From Sphagnum compactum (taxonomy: Eukaryota), in NCBI GenBank assembly GCA_965153455.1, contig OZ234493.1, forward strand, positions 28,262,213-28,326,212: a DNA stretch of 64,000 nt, in the 5' to 3' direction. Below are positions 1-12,320 of this stretch, one piece after another. The position numbers were made by a program, and so were the translations under genes. The notes under the pieces were generated by a model, which saw nothing but the letters and a program-made list of their open reading frames with translations, had not been told where the DNA came from and made no database searches. The first letter of the stretch is position 1. Each line of letters opens with the position of its first letter.

Positions 1-53
1 CAGAACAAATTCTCTACTGAACAGCTACAGGAAGATGTTGCGTTCAACTATAG

Positions 54-1546
54 CACAGGTTTCAGAAGCTCCTGGAGAATCTCATGAGCAAGAGTTATGT
101 TTGCAGGCAGTTCAACCTCCACCAATACATGAAGTCGCGGCTCATTCAAGTGCTCAAAACCAGGCTTGTCTCTCATCTTTTCTTCCTATAGAACACAGAA
201 ATCTGAATCTGAGTTTTCCTCCACAGGGATGTGTCTGTCAAAATGCATTTCCAGTAACCAAATGGAATCTATAACATAGCCATGGTTGGAGAACTGACCT
301 TGGCAGTATCTTTGATTGAACCTCAACCATGCACAAAACCCTGCAGCCAGTTGCTGCCTCTACTTGTTTCAGTGAGTTTCCATGTGGCCCACAAAGTTAA
401 ACTGCAAGATCCAAAAGTTGCTTGTCAGTGTCATTGTCAGGACAGGGTACAAACAGTGGGCTGTTTCCCTCTTTTCTTCAAGGTACAGCACTGGCAAGCC
501 CTCTTGCTCTGGTACAGGCCTCCATGTAGACCATGCATGCACATCTATAACAAATCCAACCATGTGAGATGCAGGATCACGTGAGGAAAATGCCAGACTC
601 CAGCTCCTAGCCATCAAGGAATACTCTGGTAAGCAAGCTCCTAGCTAATACTAGTCACACAACACTACCGAAAGGGTGTATGGACTGCTACATACATCCA
701 CTTACTTATTAACAGGGACTTCAATGCATTGTGTTCATTTCACTATTGTCCCTGCTGCAGTCCCAGGGGAGGTCCACACTGACCTGCATGAGGTATTGCA
801 ACCCTCTTCCTCCCACAGGAACAAATGAAAAGGATATCAGTACTTTATTTTTTGCAAACCAGCAACACAAGGTAAGGTCTGATTGAGTCATCTCCAGGCA
901 TTGGATGGGGGAGATAAGGCAAAGAGTCATTGGACAAGGCAAAGTGGCCTGGGAAGGATGGAGACAAGAAATTATACATCAATCCAGCCATTAATATATC
1001 TCCTGAAGATCCATTATTCATGTGTGTCAGATGACAGAGGGCTCCTGTGCTCAAGTCCATCCTGGTCCAGAAATGAGGAGCTTCCCACAAGTGCCGTCAC
1101 TTGCACCATCTCTGTGTTAGGCATGACAGAGCACCATATAAGAACAGGCATCTCATAGAAAGTATTCAAAGCCAGATGAAGGAAGCAACAAGAATGATTC
1201 CACATACGATCTTCGCCAATTCCCATGATTTTTTAGCAGATTTTTTGGGACTGACTGGACAAGGACCTGAAGAATTTCGCATTATTGGTCACATCCAGTC
1301 TGAATGAGGTTCCTCCTTAAACTAGAGGACACATTGACATCACAGCTTGCTTTAGCTAAAAGACACATACATGCTGTTTACCAATCGACATATTGCATTA
1401 TCCTCTTCAATCACAGATCGTGCAATCACACAAATGCACTGATGCCTTACCCTGGTTTAACATACAACCGTGGGCTACAATTGGGCAGAACTTGCATAAA
1501 AAGACCCAATATTTTGCCTACTCTGCCAACAAGTAAGGAAAGATAC
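54..1546 (-). pseudogene. Spliced (non-processed) pseudogene of a KH-domain STAR/QUA RNA-binding protein (SPIN1/QKI-like)
   Basis: Minus-strand exon remnants in the expected order: ~1451-1546 (YLS..GLFMQVLPNCS..LNQ), ~985-1113 (EMVQVTALVGSSSFLDQDGLEHRSP), ~707-815 (IVK*TQCIEVPVNK), 299-401 (FNFVG..GNSLKQVEAATGCRV..GSIKDTAK), 54-185 ([41 protein letters not shown]). Several AG/GT splice sites remain. Stops, frameshifts and deletions (e.g. the LLGPR of the KH GxxG loop) indicate loss of function. May continue left of the window. Confidence 0.85.
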
Positions 1547-2250
1547 CTGTAAAGAAGCTTCCAAACTGAAAGTGTAGGACCCCTCTCAAGGTGCCTGGAC
1601 ACCCACTTAGTATCTGTGTTGCAGGCTTCCACAAATTCCTTGATAAGGGAAGTAATGCTCTGGAGTAACATGTAAAGTTTATATTGCATCTTTAACAATG
1701 AGAAACACCAATCCCACAGTTCTCAAGGTTTTAAACCCCTTACTGCACATAATCAAGAACCTCAAAACACAAGGAATCATGGCTACCTACTCCATGCTGT
1801 TCACAAAATACACTTCCCTCTTGATTTCCACCGGTCATATGCGTATTGTGGAACAACAACTGAAAACAAGCACACACAATGGACATTGCAATCTGATCTA
1901 ATGCATCAACTAACCTCACTTGGATTGGGCCCTAGTTCAATAGTCAAGAAGCAGCACGCAGGTGGGGGCTCCACCAGTCACCGTTAGCCTGCGGGTGGGA
2001 ACTTCGACACATGAAGGAAGGCCCGGGAACATGATCGGAAACGGGTCCAGAAACCTTAGGTCTGGGGGAAGACGCTCGGAAGAAATTAGGGTTAAGAAAG
2101 GCAGTCGAAGTGCGAGAGAGTTGAGAGAAAGACTGAGAGAGAGAAGGGGGAAGTTCCGAAGAAGGGCGATTTCTTCCCTGCGCTGCGAGGAAGGGATACA
2201 AAAGGAAGCGGCTTAGAGAGAAGTAGTGAAGGGGGAGGGAGAACGAGACC

Positions 2251-4566
2251 ATGATAGAGAGAGGACGCGTAAATGACAGGGATCGAGAGAGAATGAATGA
2301 TAGAGACAGGGAAAGGGAGAGAGCGCGAGAAAGGGATAGGGATCGGGAGCGGGACTGGCGAACGAGGAACCAGCAGCGAGGCGGCAGGGATTCTGAGAGG
2401 GAACCGGGCGAGATCGTGGTTCCTGGTGGTGGTGGTGGTGGTGGTGGTGGTAGGAGAGAAGAGGGAGAATTCAAGGCTCGTGATCATCATCACCGTGAGC
2501 AATCGGTGAGTCTTCCAAACAAGCGCAAGTTCACTCCCATTGTGTGGGATTTGGAACAAGGACAGAAGAATTCATCAAGATCTGCTGAAAGAATTGCACC
2601 GACTGTGTCAAGTAAGTTCGGGCCGTCTCCTTCAGTCCGACGGCAGCAGCATCCGGTGGCTTCGAGAAGCTCCTCGCCACCTTCCCCTCGCAAGTCCAAT
2701 TCTACTGCTTTGTTTGTAGAGAGTGCTCCTACAAATTCAGTGACCTCCCCTGGTACGTCCAGTGCAAAGAAAGCTTCCCCTGTAGCGCTTTTAGGTCTTG
2801 GGAGGGATTTGTCAACCCCTGGGATTGAGCAGAAGGGCTCAGAGATTCGAGACGAGGATGATCTCGATAGGAAGACTTTCCTGTCGTCGTCGTCGTCGTC
2901 GCAGGAAACCACAATCTTCAAAGCTCATGTCGCAGTCTCGCATTCTGTGAACGAGAGCAATGGTGAGAGGGAGGAGAGTCAAGATGTCCAAATGCTGGAT
3001 GTGGTTAGGGTATCAACTTCTCCCGGCTCTGAGGGTGCACCAGAGCCTGGACAAGTTCTTCCAGACAGCCCTTTGCTTGTAGTTAATGATGACAACTACG
3101 AGATGGAGAAAGAGAAAAGTCCAGCTCCTGCCACCATAGCTGCATCACGTTGGGCTGAAGATCCACAGACCCCACAGCACAATTCATCGACACCCTCACG
3201 GGGACCACCAAAGCGGGCCAAAAAGTCTGTGAGCTTGGACAGTGAAAATCGGGATCAGGAAGCAAGTACCTCACCAGAGCCTGGAGAATACAGACAAGAT
3301 AAGCTTAGCAACAGTGGAGGTAGAATCAGTGAAGATGGGGAAGAGTATGAGAGGGAGCTGAACAAGAAGGAGTTGCAGGAGCTTGATGAGGATGAAGGAA
3401 TTGATGATGAAGAAATACAGCAGCCTGAGCTTGATTCAGACATGGAAGCTCCAGCACATGTTCCTGTGGGACCACCACACCGTGCGATTGATATGCTCAA
3501 AGGTTGTAGGTCTGTTGATGAGTTTGAGCGCCTGAACAAGATTGATGAGGGAACTTATGGTGTTGTTTTTCGTGCTAGGAATAAGCAAACAGGGGAGATT
3601 GTTGCTTTGAAGAAAGTGAAGATGGAGAAAGAGAGGGGAGGCTTTCCAATGACTTCTTTGAGAGAAATCAATGTGTTGTTATCATTTCATCATCGATCAG
3701 TTGTGGATGTCAAAGAGGTGGTGGTTGGCAACAATCTGGACAGTATCTTTATGGTTATGGAGTACATGGAGCATGATCTAAAAGGCCTGATGGAAACAAT
3801 GAAACAACCTTTCAGTCAGAGTGAGGTAAAGTGCCTGATGCTTCAGCTGTTTGATGGTGTGAAGTACTTGCATGATAACTGGGTTTTGCACCGCGACTTA
3901 AAAACGTCCAACCTACTGCTCAATAACCATGGAGAACTGAAAATATGTGACTTTGGATTGGCTCGACAGTATGGAAGCCCTCTTAAACCATACACACACA
4001 TGGTGGTCACACTCTGGTACAGAGCACCAGAGCTGCTGCTTGGAGCCAAAGAGTACTCTACAGCAATTGACATGTGGTCGCTCGGTTGTATTATGGCTGA
4101 GTTTCTTGCAAAGGAGCCCCTGTTCAATGGCAAATCTGAAATTGACCAGATTGACAAGATTTTCAAGACCCTTGGCACACCTAGTGAAAAGATATGGCCA
4201 GATTCTGTCAAGCTACCAGGTTTCAAGTGTAACTTTGTCCGGCAACCCTACAACAGGCTGAGGGAAAAATTTCCACCAACAGCATTTGCAGGGAGGCCAA
4301 CACTTTCAGAGAGTGGATTTGATTTACTGAACCGGCTTCTCACCTATGACCCTCAGAAGAGAATAACTGCTGATGAAGCACTGAATCATGAGTGGTTTCG
4401 AGAGGTGCCACTACCAAAAGCAAAGGAATTTATGCCAACATTCCCTGCTCGAAGTGAACATGAGCGGAGGATGAGACGCCTTATGAAAAGTCCTGATCCT
4501 TTAGAAGAACAACGCAGACGTGAAGCACGTCAAGCTGAGGTAGGCTCAGGTGGGTTATTTGGCTAG
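2251..4566 (+). CDS. CDKG: Cyclin-dependent kinase G (CDK11/PITSLRE-like), single-exon ORF, 771 aa
   Basis: RD/RE-rich and S/P-rich N-terminus, then [36 protein letters not shown] cyclin-binding helix, [26 protein letters not shown] and C-terminal KEFMPTFPA. Confidence 0.95.
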   Translation: MIERGRVNDRDRERMNDRDRERERARERDRDRERDWRTRNQQRGGRDSEREPGEIVVPGGGGGGGGGRREEGEFKARDHHHREQSVSLPNKRKFTPIVWDLEQGQKNSSRSAERIAPTVSSKFGPSPSVRRQQHPVASRSSSPPSPRKSNSTALFVESAPTNSVTSPGTSSAKKASPVALLGLGRDLSTPGIEQKGSEIRDEDDLDRKTFLSSSSSSQETTIFKAHVAVSHSVNESNGEREESQDVQMLDVVRVSTSPGSEGAPEPGQVLPDSPLLVVNDDNYEMEKEKSPAPATIAASRWAEDPQTPQHNSSTPSRGPPKRAKKSVSLDSENRDQEASTSPEPGEYRQDKLSNSGGRISEDGEEYERELNKKELQELDEDEGIDDEEIQQPELDSDMEAPAHVPVGPPHRAIDMLKGCRSVDEFERLNKIDEGTYGVVFRARNKQTGEIVALKKVKMEKERGGFPMTSLREINVLLSFHHRSVVDVKEVVVGNNLDSIFMVMEYMEHDLKGLMETMKQPFSQSEVKCLMLQLFDGVKYLHDNWVLHRDLKTSNLLLNNHGELKICDFGLARQYGSPLKPYTHMVVTLWYRAPELLLGAKEYSTAIDMWSLGCIMAEFLAKEPLFNGKSEIDQIDKIFKTLGTPSEKIWPDSVKLPGFKCNFVRQPYNRLREKFPPTAFAGRPTLSESGFDLLNRLLTYDPQKRITADEALNHEWFREVPLPKAKEFMPTFPARSEHERRMRRLMKSPDPLEEQRRREARQAEVGSGGLFG

Positions 4567-5174
4567 ACAGGACTCATAGACAAAATCTCCTGAGACATGA
4601 ACAATTTTGCTTTGAAGCTTTGTAATATAACAGGATTTCATGTAGTGCACCCTCAGGTCATACTTTGTCCTAATTTGAGGTCTACAGAACTGAACAATGC
4701 AGCTTCTCTTCCTCTGCATATTTCCAGTCCACTTGATAGAATGACTAGACTAACAATATGATGCTGAGAAAATGTACTTAGCATTGTCTAATGTCAATGG
4801 TTTGTGCTCAAGTGTTGGAACTCATTTTCAAGGAAAGCAACATGCATGTTGACATATTTGATCATGGACATGCAGCATGAATACTGTTTGTGCTCCAACT
4901 CTTAACTTAATGATGTTACATTTGTTCTGTTTGAGGTGGACAGACCTGGACAAAAACTCCCTGCACTGGTCAATACCCAACATTTTGTGTGAGTGTTTTG
5001 TTGCTTCAATGTCTCTGTTTCAAGAGAAAATACAGCAGCCTGTATTTTGTATCTTGTTCTGCTATAGAAAAATCATTAAGCTTTCTTCAGGGTGAAGAGG
5101 CAAATTTGAATCGCTATCTCACACTATTTCAAAGAACTGGTTTTGTTGTCAAAGAATTCTTCAAATTTGCTCCT

Positions 5175-5265
5175 TTGTGGGTTTCTTGATGCTAGCTGAC
5201 ATTGTGACTGTGCCTTTCCATTGCTTAGGAATGTGACAGAAACTCAGGATGCAGATGTGCTTTGC
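5175..5265 (+). repeat. Dispersed repeat family X, partial copy
   Basis: tgctagc...cagaaactcaggatgcagat matches the copies at 5488, 44503 and 52430. Confidence 0.7.
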
Positions 5266-5487
5266 AATCTGTGGTTTGCAATTTGTGGGTGTGCCACGTG
5301 TTAACCGCTAAATGTGTGGACAACCATTTTGTGGTGAATCCAGCTATGAAATATCCTGTAGTGACAGATCCAAACAGGTGGATCTTCACAACATTTGAAG
5401 AAAGAATCTACATGTGTCATCTTGATCCTTGCCTAGATCATTGCTTACAGGGACAAGCTAAAATGAAATGAAGCTCACCCTCACGAT

Positions 5488-5760
5488 ACTATTGACTTTT
5501 TCGATTAGCTATGTCTCTCTTGAGTGCTAGCCAACATCATGACTGAGTCTTCCTGTTGCTTTCAGAAATGCTACAGACACTCAGGACCCAGATTGAATGT
5601 CCTATATTTATGATATAAGTCATACATTACACTGCCCCTGGGAGCTGATGAAGCCAGTGTCGGAGGTCATGGCAGCTGGGCATTACTATTGATGATAGAA
5701 GGTAATGGTCTCGCATTACTATTGATGATGAAGATAATGGTCTCACTTTGTGAATAACTC
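5488..5760 (+). repeat. Dispersed repeat family X, ~270-bp copy with an internal ~33-bp tandem duplication
   Basis: tactattgactt..attagct..gagtgctagccaacatcatgactgagtc..ctgttgct..gaaatgc..caga.actca..catggcagctgg..ctttgtga..aactctc is collinear with 52430-52680 and 44503-44768. Confidence 0.85.
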
Positions 5761-5764
5761 TCCT

Positions 5765-7190
5765 AAAATTAAACATGATTAATTTAACCTCTTTATTGAT
5801 TTAGCAAAACTTAGTTTAACTTTCTAGTTAGTTTAGCTATGATTAATTTACTTTAATTTATTTTAACCATCATTAATTTAATTTAATTTAATGTAGTCAT
5901 GGTTAATTTAGTAAAATTTAATTTCATCATAGTTAATTTAGCCCCCTAATTAGTTTAACCATGGTTAATATCATTAACTGTATTATTATTATTAATTGTT
6001 CTATTATACCTATGGTTAGTAGGTTACATTACCTAACCTATAAATATTTTAGCCTAAGCTAGCTCTTACCTTAAATTTGATAGTATTGTAATAGTATTCA
6101 TTATCAATCATTATAGGTAAGTATAGCTATCAAAACAATATTTTATTTAGTATAATTACAATTATTAATAATTAATATTATTCTCCAATAATTAATTATG
6201 TTAGCTATAATTAGTAGGTTACATTAACTAACTAGCATGTAAGCATCTTAATGTAAACTAAGTATTAATTTAAGCTAGGTAATAATAATATTTATTATTA
6301 CTAATTACTAACAAATAATAATAATTAATATGAATAATGAATTTTATTAATTATTATTTTTATTGGTATCATTAGTTGTTAATATTAATATTACTACCTA
6401 TTGATACATTATTGTTATTATTAGTTATTATATAGTATTATTACCATTTAGTTATTATTATTTATAATATAAATAATGTTGATAGTTGGTAAATTAGTTT
6501 CATATTGCATAGGTGTAATGTAATAGTTACATGTACCACGCAACTAAATTTTTTATTCCATGTGTTTTGTCTTACATTCCAATTGTGTACATTATATAAT
6601 TAGGTGCATTAGTCTTCTTCACAAACCAAGTACCAAGGGCCTTTTGGGATGAACCACTAAAAAAAACTTGACCCAAACATAAAATAGGATCATTTTAAAC
6701 CTATTTAGGCTTACCTTCCTACCCACCTAACTAGATCTACCTACCTACTTACCTAACAAATAAATAAATAATCATTGGGTTTTTTTTAATTGTCATTTGT
6801 CACCATATAATTGGCCTCAACATATGGACATGTGTTAAGATCCAATTAATAAATATCTAAGATGGCTTAGATATTTATTAATTTATGAATAATATTCAAT
6901 ATTGAAATATGGATCAAATGCCATGTGTCACCATATAAATGGTTAATACAAATTCAAATGGTCACCATGGCAATTACACTTTAATTACATGTGCAACCCT
7001 TGTAGAGTGTACAAATAAATGAAGTATGAATCCATACCATATATATTGTCCACATACATATTGTTGCATACGAATGCACGTTGTGTGCAATTTGTGTTAT
7101 GTAATTATAAGGTCTAGTAGTTGCAGGTGTCGCATGCAACTCAAAATTAGTTGCAAACAACAATTGCAAATTACAAGATTTTTACTAATG
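5765..7190. mobile_element. AT-rich non-autonomous CACTA-like relic
   Basis: Same internal blocks as the TIR/TSD-delimited CACTA elements downstream (ttaatt-rich tract, acctac repeats, acatgtg/ttgcaa motifs). Ends in tttttactaatg, a likely decayed ...TAGTG terminus. Left terminus not found. Confidence 0.45.
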
Positions 7191-10100
7191 ATACAATCCT
7201 ATGACAAAGGTGCAAATCGTAAGACAAAACCCAACCCTCACCTTGATTAAGAACAATTTCACACACGTTCTTAGATTCAATGGGTTTTTCAAGCTTGCCT
7301 AAAGTACGTTTACTTACCAAGGGTTCCATGTTTGAAATTGAAATTCTTGCAATATAGCAACCTTATGCTATGGTACACATTACTCATTATTGTAATTCAA
7401 TCATTTGAGCTCCTAAACACAAAACCAAATGGATTAGACTTATGAAATGTGCCACAACAAAATGTTAATGAGCAAACTTTGAAGTCATAAATAACAAGAA
7501 TTAATCAATCAACCTTTCAAGTTCTATAGACCATATCACGCATGAGAAAGCTTGAAACTTCAAACCTCCAAGATGTGTTGGGTTCACACAACTACATTTG
7601 AATATGATCAGGATGTACCTAGAAGTAGCCATCAATGGTCATTGTTGCACATTGCAATTTGACGGGTAATGGCTAGTTTCCACACCAATAGGTTTGATTA
7701 ATTAAGGATTCCACTAATGACATAGGTTGATCTAGTTACTAGGTGGGGCAAAAGATTTCCTTTAGGGATGTTGAAAATTCATCTTTTGGATTAGCAACAA
7801 ATGTCCACAAATATTGGACATTATAGGTGGGGGGGAGGGGCCTTAAATTTGAGGGACTAAAATGTCACTTTTTGTACCATTTTCAAATTTTAATACACCA
7901 ATTATATTGTGTTTTGGAGGGTGGGGGAGCATGGGAAAAAAAATGAAAATGCCAAATTGTGCTATTTGAAACACTACCTTAAAAATAATTCTACTTTTAA
8001 TACATATCTCATGTTTATGCATTAACCCCCAAACCCATTACCCTACTAGTCTATGACTTATGATTTATCATAACATTTCAAATTTTAGAACTATTTGAAC
8101 CCATTTGAAGCCAAAATACAACTAGAAAAATGAGACCCAATCATGTTTTCACCCAAATCCAAATGTTCAAGAGCAACCAATTGGTTGATATATGTAGGTA
8201 ACTCCTTCAAATTTACATGTTGGGGGTCAACCCGTGCTACAAGAGCCATCTGAACCTCCTAAGTCACATTGTGATATCATAAAATTATTGTGCTTAAATA
8301 ATGTTTAAACAACAAGTAGACAATTTTTTTCATTGCTTCAATTGACTAATAGATGTAGGGTAATTCTTTCAATTATGAACAATTTGACAAATCCAATTGT
8401 TGGAGAACAATCAATTGGTTGATAGATGTAAATAGCTCTTTCAACTTTGAACAACTTGACAAATCCAAGTGTTGGTGAGCAATCAATTGGCCAATAGGTA
8501 GTTATGATTTATTAATTTAATCCAAATCATAAATAAAATTCATCCATGCAAAAATGAAATTCATCCATATGAAATCATTCATCTATGGACATATTCATCC
8601 ATGTAGGTGGATTAAAATCACATTAGACTTTAAGTTCCAAGTTCAGGCTTTGTGCTTATGCACAAGCCATCCTCCACCTCACATTTCTTATCATTTTCCA
8701 TTTGAAAATTATTGTTTCTCAAATTTTTAATTTGCCACGTATTTATGGTCATCACCATTAAAAAAACCCATTTATGAGATGATAATTATCAAACTCTTCA
8801 TGTTGCTCATAAACTTATTCCAATAATATGGAATCACAATGTTTAATAAATATTGCACAAACTTTATGAAGATTAAAAATCATTTCAATCATTTATTAAA
8901 TATGTTTGCATTTTTTAGTATGTTATGACATTATTGTTTTTGCACAAATGTACTCTAACATCACATCATATGGAATAAATAAATAAAAATTTTAGTATTT
9001 AACTTCCTTGGGTTTTGACCTACCATAATATGCAAAACAAATTGTGAAAATTCTTCATATAATGACATGTTGAAGTTCAAACATGGGTCCTTTGAAAAAT
9101 AATACAACGTTGGCCCCCTTGTAATGTGTTTTCACCCTTTAACATAAATCTAACTTACCCACCCACCCACCTACTAACCTACTATGGTACCTAGGTAGGT
9201 TCATAAGTACATAAGTACCATAGTAGGTAGGTAGTTAAGTACCATAATGGATATGTAAATATATAGGTACCATAGTAAATACCTATTATGACAAGTAGGT
9301 AGGATATCATTTTTGTTTGTTCAACTTGACAAGATGTCTTATTTAATTAGAAACCCATTGGCAATCTTGACTAGGTATTGTTTTTGTTGCTCCAACTTGA
9401 TCAAATTGTTCCACTAGCCATCTTGACCAAATATATCATTTTTTATTTGAATTGAATGGATGTCCCATTTAACATGTCATCAAATGAATCATCACTAGTA
9501 TAATTGATTAGTCAATAAGTACAATATCCAGTCATATGGTGGACCTTTAGTCAAATGAGCATTTCATTAGTCAAAAGCAACCAATTAATCAACTCGGACA
9601 ACTTGGAAAATCATGTTTATTTACTAATGGTCAAATGAGGTTATGATTTGTTATTCCCAATATAAGTTTTTACCACCATCTTGGTATTTCAATTCTATGG
9701 TGGATAGGTTCTTAATTTGATGTTTTTGAACTTTTGTAATATCCAAGGACTTTCAACTTGAACTATAGTCTTGCAAGCTTACATTGAATATTGGAAAAGC
9801 TTATGGATTGGTGATAGGAACGTGGTGTTTATTTCTCTCATTACAACTAATTACTACATTAATTTTTTCTATTTGTAAACATCTTATGGCAAACAACTAG
9901 CTAAGTTATTTGAAAACCTTGTTTTTGATTTCCAAAAAACGTCAAGACAATAATGCAAAGGTTCAAATTGATATTTCTTAACCTAAAATGTTGTTGTGTT
10001 ATATATGATTGTTTCATATATTACAAAAAGATAGGACATCAATGACATGTTAACATCACTTAAAAAGCCTAACATTCTTCATTTAGTTTTAATTGTGTTT

Positions 10101-10817
10101 TTGTTGTTTTGATGAAATGGGGCTAGGTGAAGCACATGCCATTTACATTTCTTGCAATGGATACGAAATAAAAAGAAAATGAAAAAAATTTAAGATTGAA
10201 ATGCAAATCTTTCCCATTTGGTTTTCTATACCTATGATTGTAAAGATAAAGCAAAAGACATGTAATTACTTGTATTCAAAGCATTTTCATTGAAGCAAAT
10301 GTTTTTGTTTTTCCTTGACGTGAACACCATGGGCAACAACATTGGCTAAAAAGTCATTAGTGCATGACATGACGACAATATTTTGAAAGGTCTTGGGGAG
10401 GATTTCGCCAATAGTCCTAAATCTACCAGCATGGAGAGTCCATCCCAATCCCTAGGCATTTGGAAACGGACCTTGGTAAATGGATTTGGTAATGTTGTTA
10501 TTATCATCAAATGCATCGTCTTTGGAAATGTGCATAGTTTTAGGTTGGAATCCAAACATTGCACACAAGCATTTTTCAATAACATGAAAAATTCCAAGAT
10601 CATTGTCCAATATTAGAAGGTCAAGTTTCCCCTTAACATAAAAGGCTACCATTCCACAACATGAACATAATAAATCTTCCAAGAAGAGGGATGAGCAAGG
10701 AACTACAAAAAAAAACTATTTTTAATGAAGGGTGCAACTAGAGTTCGAAAGGATGCAACAAAAAAAAGTTAAAAATAGATGTAAAAAAGAAGAAAAGAAA
10801 GAAGCAAGGAAGAGGAA

Positions 10818-10916
10818 ACCAAATTGAGCAAAAGCGGCTACTTCACAATATTGCGCCAATTCTAATTTTAAGCTACCACATACCTGTTTCATAGCTTTCA
10901 ACTAAACCGCAGAACC
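10818..10916 (-). pseudogene. atp1: NUMT: fragment of mitochondrial atp1 exon
   Basis: Minus strand reads [32 protein letters not shown], against plant mitochondrial Atp1 [33 protein letters not shown]. The differences are explainable by C>T transitions. Confidence 0.93.
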
Positions 10917-11545
10917 TCGAAAGTAGGATTCACGCCCATCTCTAACCGCTAGCACAGGATAAAAAAACCCGGCTCCCTCTTAAAGAACCGCGCACGATAG
11001 TCACCTATCACACAACTCCCTTCTCTTGAAACCTGCCACTTTTAGACAATGTTCAAATCAATATCGGTCATCAATACCTTGCCCGCATATAGTTCGTCAC
11101 AATGTCGAGCACACAAAAGAATTTGCTTTCCATTGAGTGCCAATTAATAGCCGTCGTTTTATGTAATATTTTCACCTTTCTAACAGATTGCACCTTGTGC
11201 TTCCTGGCTGTTTAAGCCTTTTTTAGTTGCTAGACATGGTGCTCTATATCATTTTATTTGCACCCCTTAAATGCGCATGCGACGATCTGCAAAAGTACCT
11301 TACTTCGACTTAACCTTATAAAGAGCCTATTTATGACTAACTTATCAAGGGTTCGTCCTTAATAAGTCCTTTGAAAATAGACTTATTTCCTCCAGACCAG
11401 ACTAAGAAACACTACCAATGTTGCGCCCTTCTTAGTCATAACTTTTTGCTGAACTTCTAGATGATCTGCTATGAGCTGGATTTGTGCTTCTCGGCTAGCA
11501 TATATATAGCTGACTACTTTAGATGGTAGTTGATATATGTATTAT
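10917..11545 (-). other. NUMT: 3' part of a group II intron interrupting atp1 (domain V at 10985-11018, domain VI next to the exon)
   Basis: 34-nt minus-strand GAGTTGTGTGATAGGTGACTATCGTGCGCGGTTC is a domain V hairpin with the AGC triad decayed to AGT. A short domain VI ending near ..cctac.. lies just upstream of the atp1 exon. Confidence 0.88.
11075..11530 (-). pseudogene. Degenerate group II intron maturase: domain X and HNH endonuclease remnants
   Basis: Minus-strand peptides YHLK*SAIYMLAEKHKSSS*QII*KFSKK (domain X-like), CAFKGCK*NDIEHHV*QLKK and NGKQILLCARHCDELYAGK (Zn/HNH-like), located in intron domain IV upstream of domain V. Confidence 0.78.
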
Positions 11546-12003
11546 AGAACCAAACCTAGCATAAATGAAGCAATTGACAACAACTAAAAAGAAAGAATGG
11601 GCCTAATGATGCACAACTAAACAAAGGGGATGAAATACAAAGGAACAATAATGCAATGTAAAAGTAACGAATGGCAATGACGATTTTGAGAAGTGGACCC
11701 TAATACCCCTTGGATTCTATCCAATTTATATCACACATAAATATGTTTTAACCAAATACGATCCATGAGATTTGATATGCAAAGCAGACAACAATAACTA
11801 ATGTAGAGGAACAAGAAATTCATTAGATTACAATTAGTTATACATTATGCGAAAAAACACTGAAGATATATTGGAAAAAACACACATACATTGTAAAAAA
11901 ATAAAACCTACAACTATGCAAATACATACTCTTGTTAAATGCTCCATTGAGATCTTTTTCCCATCTTGATATGAATACCTAATAATATCATGGTCTTATA
12001 CTT

Positions 12004-12320
12004 AGCCCCATTCACAGTAGGAGTCAAGGGCAATGTTCAGCCAAAATCCAACATTCCCATTCGTCCAAAAGTTGAAACCAACCCAAGACACTAATAAGTG
12101 CTGAAGTTTGTGCCCATTTATTAGCCCCAAGTTTTAAAAAATGATACCATCAAATTTGGGAGGCCAATTTGTAACCATTGGGGCCAATGTTATAACATTT
12201 ATTAATATCCTAACGTCAATGTTCTAGTAGATGTTGGTAATTGGGGGCCAATTGGCAACCCAAGAATGCCCAAACCTTCCCACAAGTATTTTTGGCCTTA
12301 ACTCCTGGTGTAAATCAAGC
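12004..12320 (+). repeat. Left copy of a ~310-bp diverged inverted repeat (partner at 22660-22967)
   Basis: aggagtcaagggcaatgttcagcc and gataccatcaaatttgggaggccaat here match the reverse complements ttgaacattgtccctaactcct and attggcctcccaaatttgatggtatc at 22803-22952. Confidence 0.75.

Noticed and set aside
1944-4261. Antisense and alternate-frame ORFs over CDKG (e.g. 1944-2474, 2092-2559, 2490-2921, 3843-4226)
   Set aside because: Shadow ORFs of a low-complexity coding strand; no recognisable motifs.
5488-5760. Repeat family X as snoRNA or TPP riboswitch
   Set aside because: No consistently placed C/D or H/ACA boxes across copies and no TPP aptamer core; kept only as an unidentified repeat.
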